NCBI GenBank assembly: GCA_963720415.1
Contig: CAVRFQ010000011.1
Location: 16,169 to 80,168, forward strand
Direction: 5' to 3'
DNA: 64,000 nt
Source of the DNA: an uncultured Solirubrobacteraceae bacterium
GTDB taxonomy: Bacteria > Actinomycetota > Thermoleophilia > Solirubrobacterales > Solirubrobacteraceae
Part shown: one piece after another, positions 57,219-64,000 of the stretch
Numbering within the stretch: the stretch's first letter is position 1
Layout of the letters: each line of letters begins with the position of its first letter
The notes under the pieces: model-generated
The model's database searches: none
What the model was told of the DNA's origin: nothing
What the model saw: the letters and a program-made list of their open reading frames with translations, nothing else
Position numbers and translations under genes: made by a program

Positions 57219-58368
57219 GTCCGGACCGCTCGAAGGCCTGATCGTCGCCGACTTCTCCCGCGTCCTCGCAGGCCCCTACGCGTCGATGCTGCTCGGCGAC
57301 CTCGGAGCCGACGTGATCAAGGTCGAGCGGCCCGACGGCGGCGACGACACGCGGGCGTGGGGCCCCCCGTGGCGCGACGGCGAGAGCACCTACTACCTCG
57401 GGCTCAACCGCAACAAGCGGTCGGTCGCGCTCGACCTCGCCGACGACGGCGATCGCGAGCTCGCGCGCCGCCTCGGCGAGCGGGCCGACGTGCTGCTGGA
57501 GTCCTTCCGCCCCGGGCTGATGGCCTCCTGGGGCCTCGACGGCGAGTCGCTGCGCGCGGCCAACCCGCGGCTCGTCTCCTGCTCGGTCACCGCGTTCGGC
57601 TCGGGCGAGGCGGCGGCCGGGATGCCCGGCTACGACTTCCTGCTGCAGGCCATGGGCGGGCTGATGAGCGTGACCGGCGAGCCGGACGGGCGGCCGCTGA
57701 AGGTGGGCGCCGCGCTGATCGACCTCGTGTGCGGGCTGCTGGCGGCCAACGGGATCCAGGCCGCGCTGGCCGAGCGCGAGCGCACCGGCCGCGGCCGCCA
57801 CGTCGAGGTGTCGCTCATGGACTCGGCGCTGGCGTCGCTGCTCAACCAGGGCTCGGCCTGGGTGTCGGGCGGCGCGGTCCCCGGCCCGCGCGGCAACCGC
57901 CACCCGAGCATCGTCCCCTACGAGACCTACGAGGCCGCCGACCGGCCGTTCGCGGTGGCGGTCGGCAACGACCGGCTGTTCGCGCGCCTGTGCGAGGCCG
58001 TCGGCCTGCCAGAGCTGGCCGCCGACGAGCGCTTCGCGACCAACGAGGCGCGGGTGGCCAACGTCGACGCGCTGGCGGAGCGGTTCCAGACCGTCTTCGC
58101 GCTCGAGCCGGCGTCGCACTGGGTCGCCGCGCTCCGCGCCGCGAGCGTGCCCGTCGGCCTCATCAACCGGGTGGACGAGGCGTTCGACCTGGCCGCCGGG
58201 CTCGGGCTCGAGCCGGTCGACGACAGCCAGGGGACGCCTCTTTTGGCCCCGCCGCTACGGCTCGACGGCGAGCGCCCGCCGATCCGGCTCGCCCCTCCCC
58301 GCCTCGATCAGCACGGCGACGAGCTGAGGGCGTGGCTCGAGGAGCGTCGCGAGCAGGGCTCTCGGTGA
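57217..58368 (+). CDS. family III CoA-transferase (CaiB/BaiF)
   Basis: MSGPLEGLIVADFSRVLAGPYASMLLGDLGADVIKVERPDGGDDTRAWGPP.. ATG 57217 within ORF 56944..58368. Confidence 0.9.
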   Translation: MSGPLEGLIVADFSRVLAGPYASMLLGDLGADVIKVERPDGGDDTRAWGPPWRDGESTYYLGLNRNKRSVALDLADDGDRELARRLGERADVLLESFRPGLMASWGLDGESLRAANPRLVSCSVTAFGSGEAAAGMPGYDFLLQAMGGLMSVTGEPDGRPLKVGAALIDLVCGLLAANGIQAALAERERTGRGRHVEVSLMDSALASLLNQGSAWVSGGAVPGPRGNRHPSIVPYETYEAADRPFAVAVGNDRLFARLCEAVGLPELAADERFATNEARVANVDALAERFQTVFALEPASHWVAALRAASVPVGLINRVDEAFDLAAGLGLEPVDDSQGTPLLAPPLRLDGERPPIRLAPPRLDQHGDELRAWLEERREQGSR

Positions 58369-58452
58369 CGGAGAGGGAGATCATCCGATCGGTGGATGCG
58401 GGGCCGCTGAACAGGCGATGTGCGGGCGCGGGAGCGATCCGATACTCGCTCC

Positions 58453-59358
58453 ATGGCAGTCATCGAGGTCGACAACCTCCACAAGCGCTACGGCGAGCGG
58501 GTCGCCGCCGACAGCGTCTCCTTCGCCGTCGAGACGGGCGAGATCTTCGCCATCCTCGGCCCGAACGGGGCGGGCAAGACCACCACTGTTGAGTCGATCG
58601 CCGGCCTGCGCCGGCCGGACTCGGGCTCGATCTCCGTGCTCGGGCTGCACCCGCGGCGCGACCGGGCGCAGCTGCGCCGGCGCGTCGGGGTCCAGCTGCA
58701 GGAGAGCGCGCTGCCGCCGAAGCTGCGGGTCGGCGAGGCGCTCGGCCTCTACGCCTCGTTCTACGAGGCGCCGGCCGACGGCGACGCGCTGCTCGACGAG
58801 CTCGGGCTGGCCGACAGCCGCCACACGCCGTACGGCAAGCTCTCCGGCGGCCAGCAGCAGCGGCTGTCGATCGCCCTCGCGCTGATCGGCGATCCCGAGA
58901 TCGCGATCCTCGACGAACTGACCACGGGACTGGACCCGCAGGCGCGGCGCGACACCTGGGGGCTGATCGAGCGCATCCGCGACCGCGGCGTGACCGTGCT
59001 GCTGGTGACCCACTTCATGGACGAGGCCGAGCGCCTCGCCGACCGCGTCGCGCTGATCGACGACGGCCGCCTCGTCGCGCTCGACACGCCGGCCGGCCTT
59101 GCCGCGCGCGCCGGTGACGCGCAGCGGATCCGCTTCCGCCCGGCCTCCCCGTTCGACCTCACGATCCTCAGCGGGCTCCCGCACGTGACCGCGGTGACGA
59201 GCGAGGGCTCGCAGATCGAGGTGTCCGGCGGGGGCAACCTGCTGACCGACGTCATCGGCGCGCTGGCGCGCCACGGCGTCGCGGCGCAGGAGCTCCAGTA
59301 CGACCGCCCCGGGCTCGAGGACGCGTTCGTGGCGCTGACCCGGAAGGAGGCGGCATGA
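58453..59358 (+). CDS. ABC transporter ATP-binding protein
   Basis: MAVIEVDNLHKRYG.. Walker [10 protein letters not shown], signature LSGGQQQRL, Walker B IAILDELTTGLD. Confidence 0.9.
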   Translation: MAVIEVDNLHKRYGERVAADSVSFAVETGEIFAILGPNGAGKTTTVESIAGLRRPDSGSISVLGLHPRRDRAQLRRRVGVQLQESALPPKLRVGEALGLYASFYEAPADGDALLDELGLADSRHTPYGKLSGGQQQRLSIALALIGDPEIAILDELTTGLDPQARRDTWGLIERIRDRGVTVLLVTHFMDEAERLADRVALIDDGRLVALDTPAGLAARAGDAQRIRFRPASPFDLTILSGLPHVTAVTSEGSQIEVSGGGNLLTDVIGALARHGVAAQELQYDRPGLEDAFVALTRKEAA

Positions 59359-60089
59359 AGGCTCTCACCGCGATGGAGGCGCGCCTGTACCTGCGCGACC
59401 CGATGGTGCTGCCGTTCGCGCTGGCGCTCCCGCTCGTGCTCCTGCTCGTGTTCGGGCTGCCGGAGTCGAGCAGCAGGCCGAGCGAGGACTTCGGCGGCCA
59501 GGTGCCGCTCGACACGGTGCTGCCCTCGCTGGCGCTCTCGCTGTCGTTCGCCATGCTCGGCGCCTACATGCTCCCCGCGTTCCTCACCGAGTACCGCGTC
59601 CGCGGCGTGCTGCGGCGCCTCTCCACCACGCCGATGTCGCCGAAGGCGATGCTCGTCGCGCACCTGGCGATCAACCTCGCCGTGGCGCTCGTCGCGGTGG
59701 TCATGACCCTGCTCGTGGGCGGTATCGGGCTCGGCATGGCGATGCCGGAGAACGTGCCCGGCCTGATCCTCGTGCTCGCGCTGGGGGCGGCCTCGCTGTT
59801 CTCGCTCGGGCTCCTGATCGCGGCCATGGCGCGCGACGCGCCGGCCGCCTACGTCCTCGGCGCGCTGCTCTTCTTCCCGTCGCTGTTCTTCGCCGGGATC
59901 TGGCTCCCGAAGGAGCAGATGCCGTCTACGCTCAGCCGCATCGGCGACTTCACCCCCCTCGGCGCCTTCCGCGAATCGCTGGAGGCCACCTGGACCGGCG
60001 GCGCGCCGGACCCGGCGATGCTCGCCGCGATGGCCGGCATCGCCCTGGTGGCCGGCGCCGTGGCGGCGAGGACCTTCCGCTGGGAATGA
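59355..60089 (+). CDS. ABC-2 type transporter permease
   Basis: 244 aa, six hydrophobic segments. ATGA overlap with the ATPase stop. Confidence 0.85.
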   Translation: MKALTAMEARLYLRDPMVLPFALALPLVLLLVFGLPESSSRPSEDFGGQVPLDTVLPSLALSLSFAMLGAYMLPAFLTEYRVRGVLRRLSTTPMSPKAMLVAHLAINLAVALVAVVMTLLVGGIGLGMAMPENVPGLILVLALGAASLFSLGLLIAAMARDAPAAYVLGALLFFPSLFFAGIWLPKEQMPSTLSRIGDFTPLGAFRESLEATWTGGAPDPAMLAAMAGIALVAGAVAARTFRWE

Positions 60090-61216
60090 CCGAGCAGATG
60101 GACGCCTGGGAGCGACGGGAGGGCGCGGTCTTCCGCGCCATCCCGTACTTCATGCTCGTGGCGTCGACGGTCTTCGCGATCGCCTTCATGTCCGAGGACT
60201 GGGCGCCGACGGTGGCGCTCGCCGGCGTCGCCGCGGTCTGGCTGGCGATCACGCAGCGGCACGGGCCGCGCACGCTGCACGCCGCCGGGTTGTACGTGCT
60301 CATCCCGGTGCTCATCGTCCACAACCCGCTGTTCGGCTTCTTCGGCTTCAGCGGCTATCTGATCGCCGACACGCTCCCCGGCCGCTGGATCTACGCGGCC
60401 GTCGTCTGGACCGCGTTCTGGGTCGGCTCGTCGCAGGTCGGCGGCCTCCCGCTGCCCGACGACGTTCCCGTCCTGGCGTGGGTCGCCGTGGTCGCGGTGA
60501 ACATCGTCGTCGCGTCGCTGCTGATGAAGTACGGGACCGCGGTCGAGGCGCGCAACCGGCAGCTCAAGGCGGCCCTGGCGGAGAACCAGGCGCTCGCCCG
60601 CGAGGCCGGCATCCAGGAGGAGCGCCGCCGGATGGCGGGCGAGATCCACGACACGCTCGCGCAGGGGCTGACCGGGATCGTCGCCCAGCTCGAGGCGCTC
60701 GACCACGCCCACAGCCGCGGCGGCGACTGGCGCCGCCACCTCGACACCGCCGCCCAGCTCGCCCGCGAGAGCCTCAGCGAGGCGCGCCGGTCGGTGCGGG
60801 CCGTCGGCCCCGAGGCGCTGGAGGACGCCCGGCTGCCCGAGGCCATCGCCGACGTCGCGCGGCGCTGGTCGCAGATCAACGGCGTCGAAGCCGAGGTCGT
60901 CACCACCGGCACGGCGCGTCCGATGCACCCCGACGTCGAGGTCACGCTGCTTCGCACGGCGCAGGAGGCGCTGGCCAACGTCGGCCGCCACGCGCACGCC
61001 AGCCGCGTCGGCCTCACGCTCTCCTACATGGAGGACGTCGTGACGCTCGACGTCCGCGACGACGGCGTCGGCTTCACGCCGAACGGCTCCGCCGGCTTCG
61101 GCCTGACCGCCATGCGCCAGCGCGTGCAGCGGCTCGAAGGGCGCCTCGAGGTCGAGTCCGAGCCCGGCGCCGGGACCGCGATCTCGGCGAGCCTGCCCGC
61201 GCGGGAGGCCGCGTGA
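60086..61216 (+). CDS. sensor histidine kinase (HisKA_3 type)
   Basis: Multi-TM N-terminus, H-box RMAGEIHDTLAQGL, ATPase ..FGLTAMRQRVQRLEGRLEVESEPGAGT. ATGA overlap upstream. Confidence 0.9.
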   Translation: MTEQMDAWERREGAVFRAIPYFMLVASTVFAIAFMSEDWAPTVALAGVAAVWLAITQRHGPRTLHAAGLYVLIPVLIVHNPLFGFFGFSGYLIADTLPGRWIYAAVVWTAFWVGSSQVGGLPLPDDVPVLAWVAVVAVNIVVASLLMKYGTAVEARNRQLKAALAENQALAREAGIQEERRRMAGEIHDTLAQGLTGIVAQLEALDHAHSRGGDWRRHLDTAAQLARESLSEARRSVRAVGPEALEDARLPEAIADVARRWSQINGVEAEVVTTGTARPMHPDVEVTLLRTAQEALANVGRHAHASRVGLTLSYMEDVVTLDVRDDGVGFTPNGSAGFGLTAMRQRVQRLEGRLEVESEPGAGTAISASLPAREAA

Positions 61217-61838
61217 TCTCGCTGCTGATCGTCGACGACCACCCGGTGGTGCGCGACGGGCTGCGCGCGCTGTTCACCGGCGACGACGAGTTCGAGGTCG
61301 TCGGCGAGGCCGGCGACGGCCCGCGCGCCGTGGCGATGGCCGAGGCGCGCCGGCCCGACGTCGTGCTCATGGACCTCCGGATGCCGGGCGGCGACGGGGT
61401 GACGGCGATCCGCGAGCTGGCCGAGCGCCTGCCGCAGGTCCGCGTGCTCGTCCTCACCACGTTCGACACGGACAGCGACGTGCTGCCGGCCATCGAGGCC
61501 GGCGCCACCGGCTTCCTGCTCAAGGACGCGCCGCGCGACGAGCTGATCCGCGCCGTCCGCGCCGCCGCGGCGGGAGAGGCGGTGCTCGCGCCCTCGGTCG
61601 CCACGCGGCTGATCGGCCAGGTGCGCGCCCCCGCCGAGGAGCCGCTGAGCGCCCGCGAGCTCGACGTGCTGCGCCTGATCGCACGCGGCGCGACCAACCG
61701 CGAGGCCGCCGCCAGGCTGTTCATCAGCGAGGCCACGGTCAAGACCCACCTGCTGCACATCTACGCCAAGCTCGGCGTCAACGACCGGGCGGCCGCCGTC
61801 GCGCAGGCGTACGAGACCGGCCTGCTCGTGCCCGGCGG

Positions 61839-61842
<4 letters not shown>
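61213..61842 (+). CDS. LuxR/NarL-family response regulator
   Basis: VISLLIVDDHPVVRDGLR..VLMDLRMP.. and LSARELDVLRLIARGATNREAAARLFISEATVKTH. GTG 61213 overlaps the kinase stop (GTGA). Confidence 0.9.
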
Positions 61843-62788
<946 letters not shown>

Positions 62789-62792
<4 letters not shown>

Positions 62793-63676
62793 TTCTTGAA
62801 GTCTAGGAGCATCTGCGTGACCGTCTCGCCCGCCAGGTCGAGCGAGCGCTCCGAGACCGCGGTCATGTCGTCGCAGGTCTTGTGCCAGCACTCGAACGTG
62901 AAGTCGATCAGGTCGATGGCGGGCACGCCGCGGCGCAGGAACGGCGTGTGGTCGTCCAGGATCGGTTGCGCGACGTCGTCGGGGAACACCCGGAGGGCGC
63001 CCACCTTGCGCGCCGCCGCGCGCAGCCGCGCCCACAGCTCGATGTCCGACGAGGCCTCGCGCGGGATCCGCATGGCGCCCTTCTCGGCGATGAAGTCGAG
63101 CAGGACCATCGCGCGCAGCTCCTTCGCGTTCTTGCGCGCGTACGGGCGCGAGCCGCGCAGGCCGCTGGAGTAGAAGTCCTGCGAGTCGTCCGGGCTCTCC
63201 TCGCCGTCGAAGAGCACGAAGCGGATCGGCGGCGCCGTGGCGGGGCGCTTGGCCTTCTCCAGCACGCGGGCGATCTCCAGCACCGCGGCCGTGCCGCCCG
63301 CCCCGTCGTTGGCGCCCACGAAGCCGGGGATGTCCTTGCTGTCGTAGTGGGCGGCGAGCAGGATCGGCTTCCCGCGGCCGGGGATGCTCCCGACCACGTT
63401 GTTCACGCCGCCCGCCTCGGGCCGGATGCGCCCGCGGGGCAGCCGGTCGCGCAGCCACTCCGCCAGCTCGCGCGCCGTCTCGGAGCCCGTCGGCCGCGGG
63501 CCGAGCTCGACCTGGTGGCGCAGGTCGGCGAACGCGCGGGCGCCGTCGAACCGGTTGGTCTTCGCCGCGGCGCCGGCCGAGCCGTCATCGCCGTCGAACG
63601 CGCCGGTCACGGCGGCGACGACCAGCCCGGCGCCCGCGACGACGAGCACGACGGACAGCACGGCGAAGCGGCGCAT
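62789..63676 (-). CDS. M28-family peptidase / glutaminyl-cyclase-like
   Basis: Signal anchor MRRFAVLSVVLVVAGAGLVV. ..ILLAAHYDSKD..GANDGAGGTAAVLEIARVL..RFVLFDGEE..DDHTPF.. Confidence 0.85.
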
Positions 63677-63680
63677 CGTC

Positions 63681-64000
63681 CTAGTCGTTCGAGGTCACCG
63701 CTTCGAGCAGGTCGGCGAACCGCTCGCGCGCCGCCTCCCGCCGGGTCGGCACGTGCTCCGACGGCACGCCGCCGGCCGGCGCCTCGTACCCGCGCAGGAT
63801 CTGGCGCGCCACGCTCTGGCGGTGCACCTCGTCGGGTCCGTCGTAGAGCCGCGCCGCGCGGGCGAAGCGGTACATCTGCTCGAGCGGGACGTCGGTCGAG
63901 TAGCCGAGCGAGCCGTGCGCCTGCAGCGCGCGGTCCACCACGTCGTGCAGCACCTGGGCGCCGTAGAACTTGATCAGCGCGATCTCCTGCCGCGCCGCCG
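63681..64000 (-). CDS. acyl-CoA dehydrogenase, C-terminal part (5' end outside window)
   Basis: ..QEIALIKFYGAQVLHDVVDRALQAHGSLGYSTDVPLEQMYRFARAARLYDGPDEVHRQSVARQIL.. The frame is open to the window edge. Confidence 0.8.
   Translation of the reverse strand, partial: AARQEIALIKFYGAQVLHDVVDRALQAHGSLGYSTDVPLEQMYRFARAARLYDGPDEVHRQSVARQILRGYEAPAGGVPSEHVPTRREAARERFADLLEAVTSND

Overview
This is a 64-kb, very G+C-rich (judged by eye, not computed), densely coding chromosomal segment. It has actinobacterial-type hallmarks: GTG/TTG starts, many ATGA/GTGA/TGATG stop-start overlaps, an ECF sigma + YCII pair, and promoters placed for leaderless mRNAs. I call about 66 protein-coding loci, one riboswitch, two near-identical repressor operators, three terminator-like hairpins and several perfect palindromes. 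I recognised no rRNA, tRNA, CRISPR array, transposase or integrase.

Gene content, left to right:
- 1-4.2 kb: FAD oxidoreductase, alpha/beta hydrolase, a GNAT remnant, HpcH-type aldolase and an aminotransferase.
- 4.2-14.6 kb: a LacI-controlled pair of operons. The first is Gfo/Idh/MocA + DUF993 + TIM-barrel isomerase. The second is aldehyde dehydrogenase + GMC oxidoreductase + small subunit + 2 esterases + ATP-grasp.
- 14.5-24 kb: a peptidase-rich block.
- 24-30.8 kb: MFS transporter, oxidoreductase, and a sugar ABC transporter with a ROK regulator.
- 30.9-35.1 kb: a cobalamin riboswitch followed by class Ia ribonucleotide reductase genes (nrdB-nrdA).
- 35-64 kb: ABC-2 exporters, two HisKA_3/LuxR two-component pairs, ThuA/Gfo, ECF sigma/YCII, a sulfur-carrier set (rhodanese-ThiF, MoaD-like, GNAT), an SCO protein, a broken SF2 helicase, small paralogous ORFs, membrane proteins, CoA-transferase, ispH, an M28 peptidase and an acyl-CoA dehydrogenase fragment.

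Main hunt result: a minus-strand unit at 15.4-20.6 kb encodes three proteins.
- A small EACC1-like protein.
- An 809-aa protein with a cytoplasmic caspase (C14) domain, HEAT repeats, one TM helix and a 7-blade extracellular FG-GAP propeller.
- A secreted M14 carboxypeptidase.
This unit is flanked by a second giant M14 carboxypeptidase and by an M1 peptidase whose catalytic core is deleted.

Other notable signals:
- Start-codon-overlapping divergent gene pairs.
- A 13-bp perfect hairpin burying an AUG.
- A 45-nt in-frame palindrome inside the helicase gene.
- A 200-bp nested inverted-repeat element.
- An unusually high density of frame-disrupted genes (at least 7), which may be assembly error or real decay.

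All domain calls were made by eye from the supplied translations. No database search, folding or statistics were run.
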